Below are positions 41,108-54,000 of a stretch of 64,000 nucleotides of DNA, in pieces; the stretch's first letter is position 1, and each line of letters opens with the position of its first letter. A program made the position numbers and the translations under genes. Origin of the DNA: Octopus sinensis. Its lineage: Eukaryota. Below the pieces are notes generated by a model. The model made no database searches. It was not told where the DNA came from and saw only the letters and a program-made list of their open reading frames with translations. The stretch is from positions 24,428,001 through 24,492,000 of the forward strand of contig NC_043012.1 of NCBI RefSeq assembly GCF_006345805.1, given 5' to 3'.

Positions 41108-41699
41108 ATAATCAGAAAAGGGAGAAAACCTCAGATTAACAAATTCATCGATTGGACCACATTTATAGTTTATTTTTTAATACAAAGCACGACATAACAA
41201 AATAGGTGATGTAACAGCCATTTCCGATCAGTTGCCGAAATGCTGTCTATAAATAAATGCGAGAATAAAGTTCTCTGTCTTCACAGGGCATTGGAATTAA
41301 GGTACAGCGCTTCATCAGAGTAAAAAACAAGAGCATCCAATATAAACAAAGGGAAGGAAAGAAAACATGGCCTAGAGCAAAAGTCTAGAAGCCCAATAGG
41401 TTAAAAGCACATAATTTACCATCAAGGGGCTATGAGGTCTGTAGGTAAACGAGTGAGCTAGTAGTGGTCTAGGGAATATTCTGTAGACCACTACGAGCTT
41501 AATTCCAATGTCCCTATGAAGACGGAGAACTTTATTCTTGCATTTATTTATAGACAGCATTTTGGCAACTGATCAGAAACGGCTGTAAGATTTGCTATGT
41601 CACCTACTTGTTATGTCATGATTTGTATTAAAAAATAAGCTATAAATGTGGTCCAGTTGATGTGTTTGTTAATCAGAGTTTTATCCATTTTCTGATTAT
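41108..41699. mobile_element. Second foldback element with decayed hammerhead-like motifs
   Basis: Arms 41108-41301 / 41498-41699 (moderately diverged) around a ~196-bp spacer that includes a small hairpin at 41457-41498. Confidence 0.75.
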
Positions 41700-42034
41700 A
41701 TATGTGTGTGTGTGTGTGTGTGTATTGGTATATATATGTATATATATACATATATATGTATGTATATATATCTATACATACACACACACTCACACATATA
41801 TACGAGATATATATTTATATATATCTATATATACATATATGTATATATATACATATATTTATGTTTATATGTATATGTATATATGTGTATATATATATAT
41901 ATGTGTATATATGTATATGTATATAGGTATATATATATATATATATATTGGTATATATATATATGTGTATTTATATGTATATATGTATGTATATATATAT
42001 ATGTGTGTGTGTGTGTGTATATATGTATATATTG

Positions 42035-42069
<35 letters not shown>

Positions 42070-43833
42070 CGCAACAATATATATGCATTTATTTGTGTGT
42101 GTATATATATATATATGTATGCATACGCATTTATGTACGTATATGTGCATATGAATTCTGTGTGTAAAAGAATTAAAGTTTGCATTCTTGTTCTTTTATT
42201 AAATTTCTATAATAATCGAAATCATAAATGCGTCTTAAGGCAGAGAAAGAGTTGAGACGAGCAATTCCATTGTAAAATAAGATACTACCAACTATGATGA
42301 AAGAAAAAAAAAAAGAAAAGAAATTATTCATTAAGGAAAAAAGCACAAACAAAACTAATAACAAGCTGCTTCACTTTAATCTCATTGCTTTGCTCATTCT
42401 TAATATTGATGTAACATATCCAATGGATTAGAAAAGTATCCTGAGGGGGACCATGAGATTTTGAAAAGGTTACGGAGTTTTGTTTCGCTTTTGTAAGAAG
42501 GAATTTAGTTTTTGGGTTTTTTTTTTAGAAAAGGATGATTATTTCTTTGTTTCTACTCCCTACCACCACCACCATACCCAATTTAATAACCTCTCTTGAG
42601 CACATTTATTATCATCATCATCATCATCATCATCATCATTGATGTTGTTGCTTATTATTATTATTATTACTATTTTAATTTTTAAAAAATAAATATTATT
42701 CCCTGAATAGGGCACGGCACATTTTCTTCTTATTCTGTTTAATATATGGCACCTTCTTAAAGGTCAGATATTGATGGTCTTTTAAGGATTTCCCCATGGA
42801 AAGAATAACCAAAATCTCATGCTTACCAGTTTACCTACTTTTTTTTTTCCTTCTTTAAACTGATTATTGGTTACAGAGCAAGAACTAAAACAAGACCAAC
42901 AGACACTTCAAATTACTACAGAGATGCAAAAACAAAAACAAAAAAAATAATTTTTTTGTTTTTTTGGTTAAAACAAAAAGAAATATTGTTAATAATTAAG
43001 TTGAATCCAGCCCCTTTTCTTTTTTTTTGCTTTGTTTGTTTCAAACTTCTCTAAATGAGGTGACAAATATTAGTCACTTTTAGTATTTATGTAAATTATG
43101 TGGTAACAGATTGGTTGTGAATTGTAACCTGGATACGCAAAGTATGTTTGGTGGGTTTTTTTTTTTACTTGTAGAAAGAGAAAAAAAACGAAAAAAAAAA
43201 CATCAAACCAAACAGTTGATTAGTTTGGCATGCGTCATAGACCATGTGTTATTAACTAACATATATAGCTTTTCAATTAATGAGTGGGAGGAAAATGAAA
43301 AAAAAGAAAAAGAAACAACAACAATAATAAAGAGATTTCACCTCTTGAAATACTTATTGATTTTTTTTTTTTTTTGTTTAACTATTTCAATTTATTCTTC
43401 TTTCACTGTAATTTCCTTTTACATTCATTTTGTTAACTTGAACGCACGCATGGTTAGGCACAGACTTGGCCGAGTGGCTATGAGGTTTACTTCCCAGCTA
43501 AGTGATTTGGGGTTCGGTCTGTCTGACCATATGACATCTTGTTACAGGTGTCTTTGTGGCTTCCAGCTGACTGGGGCCTTGTGAGGGGATTTTGTTGACG
43601 GAAACTAAAAGAAGCTTAGTTTGTGTGTATGTGCGGTTGTTTATGTCTTGTTTACGTTTATGAAAGTTTCAATCTATGAGCGAAGCAGTTCAGAGTTCTC
43701 ATCCACAGATCACCATTCCTTCTGCACCTTCAAAGCCATGTAGAACAAAAGATGTCTTACTTGAAATACGGGTTAGGGTTAGCAACAAGAAAGATATCGA
43801 GCTGTAAAACAAGGCTTCTATGACATATTCATC

Positions 43834-44120
43834 TAGTTAGTTAGTTAGTTAGTTAGTTAATTTGGCTCAAAAGCAAATAGCAAGGCCATGTAGGGGGACA
43901 TGGAGTTAAGTACAGGGTGGTGTTCATGTAAAGAGTTCAGGCCACTTGAGGTCCAGGGAGGCTTTGAACAAAGCGGTCGTCGGCATCTTCACCATCTCGT
44001 CTGGCAGCTTGTTCCATGGATCCGCAACCCGGATGGAGAAAGCTCCTCTCCTTCGATTGAGATGAAATCGTCGCAGGTAGAGCTTTTTGAATGACCCCGC
44101 AGCCGACACTCTGGAGCTAA
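43834..44120 (-). mobile_element. 5'-truncated CR1-clade LINE 3' end with (TAAC)n tail
   Basis: (LRGHS)KKLYLRRFHLNRRRGAFSIRVADPWNKLPDEMVKMPTTALFKASLDLKW matches the CR1 ORF2 C-terminal RGH..FFS-x-RV-x-x-x-WN-x-LP..FK-x-x-LD pattern; one frameshift at the GHS motif. Confidence 0.85.
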
Positions 44121-45529
44121 CCCATGCCAGCGTGGAAAAATCAGACATAAAAGTTAATCCCATGGATCAGTGTCTTTTATTAGTTTCTAAAGGAATAAAC
44201 TTTGTTATAAATAATTTTATAATGGCCAGGAATCCCTTCCTTTTTCAACCCTGACTCGATTAAAAGGTTGGGGGTGGGGTGATGGAAAGCAAAAGTTAGC
44301 AAATACAAGCTGTAATTAAATGTACAAGTCTTTTGTCAATGACTTTATTCTTATTGTCGTGGGCATTGTCTGTGCAGTAGACACCTTCACCAAGCACCAC
44401 TGAAACCCTTTGGGACCCTCCCCGCTCCTCATTACTTAGAGTTCTCTTACAACTATCAGCCAGCATGTGTCTTAAGCTGACTGTAAATCATGTTTGTAAC
44501 ACCATTTTGGGAGGACCTAAAATATGTAGACCCTACCTTGATAGATAAACAAACACACACACACACATTTGAATGAAGTTTTTTATATTCTTCATTTTTG
44601 TCTAAGGTTCTCATTTGTTTAAAATTATTAACGTGTGTGTGTGTGTGTGAAGAATTTCTAGCTTCTGAATCGCTCTCTCTCATACCCATTATGGCTGAAT
44701 TATGTTTCAACTATTTTAATGTTGTTGGTTGACATTAAAGTAAAGTAAAGCAGTTATTTATTTTTGTATGTCATCACTTTTGATGAAAATGAAATTTTCT
44801 CTATTAACAACCCACCCCCCTACTGTTACCATCATCGCTCAATAGTAATTAACTCTATAAAATAATTCCTGACCTGAGAACATTGTTATTTATTATTTTT
44901 CTAATCACTGGGCTATTTTATTCAGGAAGTTAGCTTTTACCTCCTCATGAAAATAGATTGCCAATAAGTTATATTCCATCCTGAATGGTTTAAAAATTAA
45001 TCACAAATCTGAACAAAATGCTCGCATGATTTGTGTGTAAGAATTATTTAAGTTTAACTAGCCGGGAAATTACATTCAACCATGACAATTTATCATTCAT
45101 CCTGTATTATACTTCAACTCTCACTATATCATATTGTCTTTTTATTTATACGTTTTATTTATATTTGGCAAATGGTTTCCTGGTTTCATCTGAGAGGAGC
45201 TGCTAGAATACGTGGTAGACATTCGCATAAGAACAAAAAAAAAAGCAACCATGATATGTTAGCTCTGTCTCTATTTGACGATATCCCTTAACCCTTTTCT
45301 TGCCATGTTCCTGTGGACATTCTCTGCGTTTGTTTTAGTTAATTCTTTTCTGCTCTAAGCACAACGCCCGAAATTTTTGCGGAGGGAGCCAGTCGATTAG
45401 ATCGACCCCAGTATGCAACTGGTACTTAATTTATTGACCCCCCCCCCAAAGGTTGAAAGGCAAAGTCGACCTTGGTGGAATTTGAACTCAGAACGTAAAG
45501 ACAGACAAAATTCTGCTAAGCATTAGTTA

Positions 45530-45702
45530 ATTGCCAAAGCAATAAAAAATTTAGTAAAGTAACTTTCTCGGTATTAAGCTGGTGTCTGCAACAAATTGAC
45601 ATAAAGTTTTGATTAACATAAAGGTTATAAATTAGATCACTTTAAAAGTTTGTGTTATAGAAGCAGAGGTGGTTTCAGGTGGGTTACAGTCAAAAGGGTT
45701 AA
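45530..45702 (-). mobile_element. Partial TTAA-type MITE
   Basis: Ends in aaaagggttaa; related termini at ~40022 and ~21930. Confidence 0.5.
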
Positions 45703-45814
45703 ATGGCACATGAAATGTGGTAAGCTGCTTAAAGGATTATTGTAATAATATCTATAGTTAGGGTGCTGTCTGGATCACCTTCAAGAACTTGTTTTCTTGT
45801 TTCTTATTTTTAGT

Positions 45815-45950
45815 CCCTTAACCTCTAGATAGTTGTATATCCTCAGTGTCCGCTTCATTGTCAAATAAGAGCTCCCTTATTGTTTCCTCCTCACAAAACC
45901 TCAGCAAGTGAGAAGAGAGGATGAAGAACTTGCAAACCTCATTCTCTCTT
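45815..45950 (-). mobile_element. Decayed RTE reverse-transcriptase fragment
   Basis: KFFILSSHLLRFCEEETIRELLFDNEADTEDIQ resembles RTE KLFNL-x-RL..IRELLFADDAAL..EEDLQ. Confidence 0.55.
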
Positions 45951-46024
45951 CTCACTTGCCATTTCTCTCTTTCTTTCTTCCCCCCCCCGCCCCACAAGTT
46001 CAACTTGTGGCTTTAAATATTAAT

Positions 46025-46330
46025 GAAGGACAAGATTGTTGTCTTTGATACCAACTAAGTCTTTGACAGACTTTATCACAATAACTTAATCGCTAAACTC
46101 CCCAGACTGGCAGTTGTTCATCAATCAATTCCCTGGTGGTTGAATGTAACCCCCCCCCACCCACCAACCTCTTCTGTGCTTACTCTCCAAACTACATTCC
46201 ATTAGCTCATCACTCAAAGCTCCATTATCTTTATTTATTTATTTTGTTAACTTCATTAATGATTTTTCTCCATATTATTTCCGGTCCTGATAACTCATTT
46301 GATTCTTACCAATCTACCAAGTCCATATTC
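46025..46330 (+). mobile_element. Decayed CR1/Jockey-type reverse-transcriptase fragment
   Basis: With a frameshift: IVVFDT/K(S)FDRLYHNNLIAKL (D-x-x-KAFD motif), later FINDF. Confidence 0.45.
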
Positions 46331-47462
46331 TTTCCACTATAGAAGTATATCTCTGTGTGTGTGTGTATGTGTGTGTGTGTGCGTGTGTGTACAGGGTGTG
46401 CTGCATCACTCTTCAATCACCAAGGTTCTAACTTGCATCTGGAAGCCTCCATATCTGATTGGCAACTTCCCAATCCTTCTTTTAGTCCTAGATGAACTAT
46501 GTGCAAAATGGCTCTTCCATTTATGTGCTTCTTCATTGTTGTTGCAGTTGTTGTAGTTGTTACTGCTGTTTTTACAGTCACTTCGCATCTCCTTGTTGCA
46601 ATGCTGCAGCCATTTCACTGCACCCATCAATCTTTGCTCTCTACCACCACCACCACCACCACCACCACCATCCTGAAGTCCCCCCCCATCAAACAGTTTT
46701 CCTTTCCATGTTTGCCATGTTTCCAACCTCCTTCAGGTTTTCTGTTGTGCAGTAGAGAGGAACGTTGACTACTTTCAGTTGAAAGAAACCCTTGGTTGAC
46801 TTCCTTTGGCAGGTACCAAGGGACATATCAATAGGATGTTGAACAACTGTCTAAAAGGTTACCGGTTCAAACCCTATCACTTGCACTGTGATATGATGAT
46901 ATTTATACCTATAGACAATTAGCATAAACCGTTCTGTCTAATCAAGCCATAAATAGGTTTCTTAAGGGTAGGCAGAAGTCATTGCTGTAAATGAATGGGT
47001 GGAATCAGGTCTTCAACTGGGCTTTCTTGGTTTACTGAATTCTTCTGCAATTATCTGATTTGCAAGAGAGAGAAAGCAAAATGTCTGCGATATCAATTAT
47101 ACTTTCATAAAGCTGCAGTCACAATGGGGTTTGTCTGAATGTCTGGATACACTCCAATGCCTGCCATAAAAAGAATCTGCTTCAACAAATTTTGTTTGAC
47201 TTATGCAAACATGGAGAAGCAGATATATTCTTTTCTACTCTAGGCACAAGGCCTGAAATTTTGGGAGAAAAGACCAGTCAATTAGATCAACCCCAGTATG
47301 CAACTGGTACTTAATTTATCGACCCTGAAAGGATGAAAGGCAAAGTTAACCTCAGTGGAATTTGAACTCAGAATGTGTGGAAAAATAGATATTAAGTAAA
47401 ACCATGTAGCAACACCAAATGGCGGTGCCCCAGCATGGCCACAGCTCATGAGCTGAAACTAG

Positions 47463-47493
<31 letters not shown>

Positions 47494-47530
47494 AAAATGA
47501 TGATGATGACTAAATTCTCTCTCTGTGCGT

Positions 47531-48050
47531 TTAATGTCTTCTTCGAATTAGGTTGGCAAGGTTTGTCCTATAAATATCGGTGCTGGCTTCAACTTTTGGA
47601 AATACTTGTACATAGCTTGTGCGCCAACCAAACTGGCTGGCATTAGACACACGAATATAAAAATCTGGGTCTTCAGTGTCATGTTTAAAACTTATGCTTG
47701 ATATGGAGGACTCCAAGACACTGTTTTAAACAGACATATGACTCTGGAGGATTTTCCATGAGCATTTTAAATAAAGCACTTCATGTGCAATAATGCCGTG
47801 TATGTTTACGTATGTGCATGCAGGTATGTATCTATGTGTGTGTATAGGCATGTCTGCGAGTTTAAGAGAAGGGTGGAGTACAAGTATATCAGTATGCACA
47901 TTTAAGATCCTTGAATTAAATATCTGAAGAATTTTTGTTAAATTGCCAAGCCCTTGTGGATTTTGTGTGACGAAAAAGTCAAAGTACTTTTTCAAAGCCT
48001 CCTCCCTTATATAGCGCAATAAAAGTCTTTTGTCTTCTATGTTTTCTCCT
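47531..48050 (-). CDS. Unidentified candidate coding segment(s) or pseudogene relic
   Basis: About 170 codons in one frame with a single TAA (47726-47728); possible acceptor tttaaaacag at ~47721 before a 63-codon terminal part; no family recognised. Confidence 0.25.
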
Positions 48051-48540
48051 CTTCTTATTGTGTATATATATATATTTTTTAGTTATTCTTTTTTTTTTTT
48101 AAATAGAATTGTTGAATAACTAATCTTGCTAAAAAAAATTGTTTTTTTTTTGGGGTTTTTTTTTTTGCTGGTTGTTTCAGGCATTTTTGTTTTTTGCTAT
48201 TTTTAAAAAATTTTTTTTTGCTTAGATCAATGCAACCAAATACGTTCTATTCCACAATTTTATAGCATTCTTCTACTTCTCTCATTATAGATGTTGTTAC
48301 TGTTGTATTGTAATATGTGCCGTTGGATGTCTTTAGAAATATTCATCATTTCAAGCTTCTTTTTGGTTTATAAAATAAAATGAAAAGGGGGTTTCATCCC
48401 AGTTCATGTGTATGGTTTTTTTTTTTTTTTTTTTTTAATACTCCCTTCCCCGTCGCCTTTATTTCTTTTGTTAATTTTGAAATATATTATTAATGCTTTG
48501 ATACGATCCATTAGCCATAACTGTTGGCAGGCAGGCACTG

Positions 48541-48573
<33 letters not shown>

Positions 48574-48970
48574 CAACTACAATCATTGTCACTGCTATTA
48601 TTAATATCATTGTTATCATTATCACCATCTTTGTTATCATCATCATCACCATCATCATTGTCATCATCGTCACCATCATTTTCATCACCATCATTTTCAT
48701 CACCATCATCAGCATTATCATCACTGTCTCCAGTCATCATCGCCATTCAAGCTGAGGGAGCCTCTGAGTGGTCGCTTGACTTGCTAGAAATAGCAGCCAT
48801 GCACCCCCACAACTGACTTAAAGAAAGGAGTCACCGAGCAATCCTGAATTCTTCCCTGCATGTACGAAAATGGTGGGATGGTCATGGCTGGGATGCCTTT
48901 TCAAGGCTGAACTGGTGAGTGGGGGTGGCGTAAACAATAGTCTTTGCCATTATCATCACCATCATCACCA

Positions 48971-49002
<32 letters not shown>

Positions 49003-50110
49003 TATCCATGAAGTACCCCATGCACTTCTTTCCATTTTCCATCTACCCCAGTACCCCTTTATAAGCATTGTCTGGTTTGTTAAATAAGTTATGTCTAGTG
49101 TTTGTAGCTGTTTGGGAGGAAACAAACAAAAAAAAAAAGGGAAAACTGAAAACAAACAGACATACATATAGAAAAAAAAAATGTGTGGGGGTGGATGGGG
49201 GGGGAAACAACTACAACCCAATCTTTTTTTTTTTCCCCCCCTCTGCACTTAGTTAAAACAGAGTTTGTAATTTACTTGTGTTGGTTAGGATGTTTGGCAC
49301 GTATCCATCTTGCTTATTGATTTCTCTCTCTGCCATCCAAGTGACCTAGAAAAAGCAAAACTTGAAATTATCTCCACTATACAACACACCACCACCTCCC
49401 GCCCTTTTTTTTCACCACCACCACCACCACCGCCACCACCATGCCATCTTTGTCCCCACTTCTACATCGCCTTACTCAAAAAAGTACCTATATTCTCTGT
49501 TATGTTAGCTTCATTCATTCATTCATTCATTCATTCATTCTGTCATTCTTTCTTTCTGTCATTCTTTTATTCTTTCATTCATTCATTCTTCTTTCTCTCT
49601 TCTGTCTGTTACATTTTCTCTCTCTCTTTCTCGCTGTCTTTGTCTTTCATTCCATCTGTTTGCTTCTCTCTCTTCCTCTCTCAGTTATGGAAGAGAAAAA
49701 GCACCAAATAAACAAAAAAATAAAAAAAATAATAATAATTTGTTGAATCATACTTTCATGCTTTATTCATTCTTTTTTTCTTCTTCATTCAGTCTCTCTC
49801 TTTCTCTCTCTATCTCTTTCTCTCTCTTTCTGCCCCATCATTATAGAAGGGGCAATGGGGAAAGCTCCCAGTAAAAATTCCATTGAAGAGTTTAAAAGGA
49901 ATGGGTTATAGCAGCAACAACTATTTCTTCTGAAAGTTTCATATCTGACCGGCATTCGAGATAGAGAGAGAAAGGAGGAGAGAGAGAGAGAGAGAGAGAG
50001 AGTGACTGTGTGTATCAGCATTTAATGCCTCTGTTGCATGCTGGTATGGGTTGGACTATACATGTGTCTATCTATCTATCTATCTCTCTCTCTCTCTATC
50101 TATCTATCTG

Positions 50111-50165
<55 letters not shown>

Positions 50166-50189
50166 GTCTGTCTGTCTGTCTATCTATCA

Positions 50190-50245
<56 letters not shown>

Positions 50246-50644
50246 GTGTGTCTGAGTATAGAGTACTCTCTTTTCTCTCTTGGTTGTACACCCCAAAATA
50301 TCTGCATACACACACACACACACGCACAAACACACGCACACACACATACACACACACATCTCTATGTTATGCATACATGAATATCTGTTGAGTCTCTGAT
50401 TCCTACTAATGCTTCATTTACTGGCTGGTGTTTAATTAGCATGTTCTAAATATTACTACTAGCATGCTAGACTGCATTGATGAGTTCAGTTTTCAGAACA
50501 ACAACAACAACAACAGTAACACCAACAACAGCAGCAGCAGCAGCAGTAGCAGCTTCTGCAGTATACAAGACAACAATACCGTCCAGTTTTTTTTTTTAAT
50601 TTGTTTATTAGCATAATTATTTCAACAATAGACAAGGCCAGCAT

Positions 50645-50681
<37 letters not shown>

Positions 50682-50838
50682 CAAGTACGTACAATTCAAA
50701 TTCCTTATTGTGATCACTTTGGGATGGAGCCTTTTAGATAACATAGGGCAGAGTATATAACAGCTTGGGTGCATTTGAGATCCATTAATTTCGAAACCCA
50801 ATATTTTGTTTCATTAGCAGCTAAAAATTGTGTATATT

Positions 50839-50941
50839 AATAATAATAACAATAATGATAATAATAATAATAATAATGATGATGATGATAATGATGATGG
50901 TAATAATAATGGTAATAATAATAATGATAATAATAATAATA

Positions 50942-51003
<62 letters not shown>

Positions 51004-51120
51004 AATGATGATGATAATGATGATGATGATGATAATAATGATGATGATAATAATAATGGTAATAATAATGGTAATAGTGATAATAATAATAATAATGATA
51101 ATAATAATGACAATAATGAT
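50839..51120. repeat. (AAT/GAT)n microsatellite
   Basis: Directly visible. Confidence 0.95.
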
Positions 51121-51335
51121 AGTGGTTTCAAATTTTTGCCACAAGACCTGCCATTTTGGGGGACGGGTTGTGTTGATTACATCGAACCCAGTGATCAGCT
51201 GGTACTTATTTTATCAACCCCTGAAAGAATGAAAGGCAAAGCTGACCTTGTCAGAATTTGAACCGAGAACATCAAGATGAATGAAATGCTGCTAAGCATT
51301 TTGTCCAAAGAAGTAGCAACTCTACCAAGACACCA
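51120..51335 (-). mobile_element. SINE family 2
   Basis: ctggtacttattttatcaacccctgaaagaatgaaaggcaaagctgacc. Confidence 0.8.
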
Positions 51336-51499
51336 ACTTATTATTAATGATAATCTTTTCTTCTAAGATCACTAAAACTGCTACAAAAAGAAGCTAAATA
51401 TCCTTTAAATCACATTCTCCCAGCTTAAATAAGAAGGAGAAGTTATGTTAGGTAATGTAATTCTTAAAAGACGGGATGATCGCAACTAGAAAATCTGTT

Positions 51500-51722
51500 T
51501 TGCAAGTTACTTGGTCACCCTGTTGGTGTTGGTGCCATGTCAAAAACACCAGCGACACTTAAAAAGCACCTAGGGTTGGCATCAGTAAGAGCATCCAGCT
51601 GTAGAAAGCATGGCAAAGCAAACAATGGATACTGGTACAGCTCTCCAGCGTTGCCAGCTCCTGTCAAATCATCCAAGCCATGCCAGCATAGAAAACTGAA
51701 TTTAAATAAGGATGATGATGAC
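51500..51722 (+). mobile_element. SINE-like family 3
   Basis: aaaaagcacc, gcatccagctgtagaaa, ccatgccagcata, (GAT)n tail. Confidence 0.75.
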
Positions 51723-51974
51723 ATCAACTTGACCAGGCTTGAAATGTGACCAGACAACATCAGTGACTCACAGCCCAGCAAAAGAGCTCCTGCTACATGA
51801 TTGGTTTAAAAGCCAAACCTCTCTCAAACAAATTACACCATCCCATCATTAAAAAAAAAAAAAAAAAAAAAGAAGGATGTAATTTTTGACATACTGAGTC
51901 TGAATAAAAAGTGGGTTGGTCATCTTTTGCCATTTCCTTTTTTGCTTGTATCAGTCATCGGACTGCAGATATAT

Positions 51975-52343
51975 ATCATCATCATCATCATCATCATTTA
52001 GCGTCCGTTTTCCATGCTAGCATGGGTTGGACGGTTCAACTGGGGTCTGTGAAGCTGGAAGGCTTCATCAGGCCCAGTCAGATCTGGCAGTGTTTCTACG
52101 GCTGGATGCCCTTCCTAATGCCAACCACTCCGTGAGTGTAGTGGGTGCTTTTTACGTGCCACCCGCACAGGTGCCAGACAGAGCTGGCAAACGGCCACGA
52201 ACGGATGGTGCTTTTACGTGTCACCGGCACGGGGGCCAGGCGAGGCTGGCAACGGACACGAACGGATGGTGCTTTTACGTGCTACCAACACGGGGGCCAG
52301 ACAAAGCTGACAAACGGCCACGAAACGGATGGTGCTTTTAAAC
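51975..52343 (-). mobile_element. Young family 3 element with four ~61-bp internal subunits
   Basis: ggtgctttta(cgtg) at ~52144, 52207, 52268 and 52331; CpG-rich. Confidence 0.85.
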
Positions 52344-52368
52344 ATATATATATGTATATATATTTGCC

Positions 52369-52565
52369 ATGATAGATCGCTAGCCACTAAACCTTTTCTA
52401 TTTTCTCATTCTATTTTCTCTCCCTGTTTATTTCTGTGTTCCTTTCTGTTGAAGAGCGTAGGCTCGAAACATAAAAGACTTTCTCACTTCCTGAGCATTA
52501 AACTAATACATCTGTTTGTTGTTTACACACCCATCTTTGTCTTTTGTTTTTTCGTAAATTCTCAC
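52369..52565 (+). mobile_element. Penelope-like terminal repeat fragment in (TA)n with hammerhead relic
   Basis: CUUU-CUGUUGA-A-GAGC-GUAG-GCUC-GAAA-C-A-U-A-AAAG at 52442-52477. Confidence 0.6.
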
Positions 52566-53386
52566 TATATATATATATACACACACACACACACATATGT
52601 ATATGCATATATATATATATATGCACACACAGAAACATACACACACACTCCATTGCACATAGGCTTCAACACAGTTTCTCCCTACCTAATCTACTCAGAA
52701 GCCTTTAGTTGGCCCAAAACTACAATAGAAGACACTTGTCCAAGGTGTCACACAGTGGGATTGAACCCAGAACTATATGATTTGCAAAGCAAGCTTCTTA
52801 ACCACTCAGTCGTAGGATTCATTTGATTACAGAACTGCTTCAACTTGGTTAACTCGAAGCTAAACAACGACATCAACTTCAACATCATCCTATAACAACA
52901 TCTCATTGGCTGGGCACTTTTGATGGATTGTATCTCACCTCCATTTAAACCTATGTTTCCTCGGTACACAAGCAAACCAACATCATATAATCAACATAGT
53001 GTTACTAAAGTTATTTTATGCTCGTTTTTATACTACTACAATATATTTATGGACCCTGCCTTGCCTTGCTCTCTGCAAACTCGCCGTTCGGTTTGGTAAA
53101 TAAAATTCAAAGCATTAGTGGATAATTTTTATTTAGTTATTAACTTATTCGTTCATTTTTTTTTTTAATCATAAAACTTTGTGTGAAGTTTGTTATTCAA
53201 AGCTTCAGCTAGACTGAAAATTGTCGAGAATCTCATAAGCTTGTCTAACTTTCAGTTCATAAGTTAAATACTTTTGTTTTGTTGACTAGTATATTGAGTT
53301 GTAGTGCACCTGAGCACTGTACACAATTATTATTATTATTATTATTATACAAATGATGATGCTCACAATTGCACATTTTATTTACC

Positions 53387-53435
<49 letters not shown>

Positions 53436-53644
53436 TAATAATAATTATTATTATTATTATTATTATTATTATAAAGTTGCTTGACTAGTAAAGTTGTTAG
53501 GTAATTTTATTTGAATTTTATCTGAACATTTCTTGCTTGATGGGCAATGTAATAGTTTGCTGCTTGCTTATTTTGATGATTTTTCAAAAATGAAATATTT
53601 TAATAAATCATTTGACTATATAACACACACACACACACACACAC

Positions 53645-53689
<45 letters not shown>

Positions 53690-53789
53690 ATGCATACATG
53701 TATGTATGTGTGCATGTGTGCATGTGTGTGTGTGTATTTCAGCATCTGTCTAAGACTTCATTATATTCATGTGTGTGTGTGTGTGTGTT

Positions 53790-53826
<37 letters not shown>

Positions 53827-53963
53827 CATGCACACACGTATATAATTTTTTCCCCCTCAAACAGTTATAAATAAATAATAATGTTTATTGAATCTTATCA
53901 ATAACCTTGTGTGCTAATGATACAGAAGATCCTCCCCCTCTTCCCTCCTCTCCCTCTCTCTCT

Positions 53964-54000
<37 letters not shown>

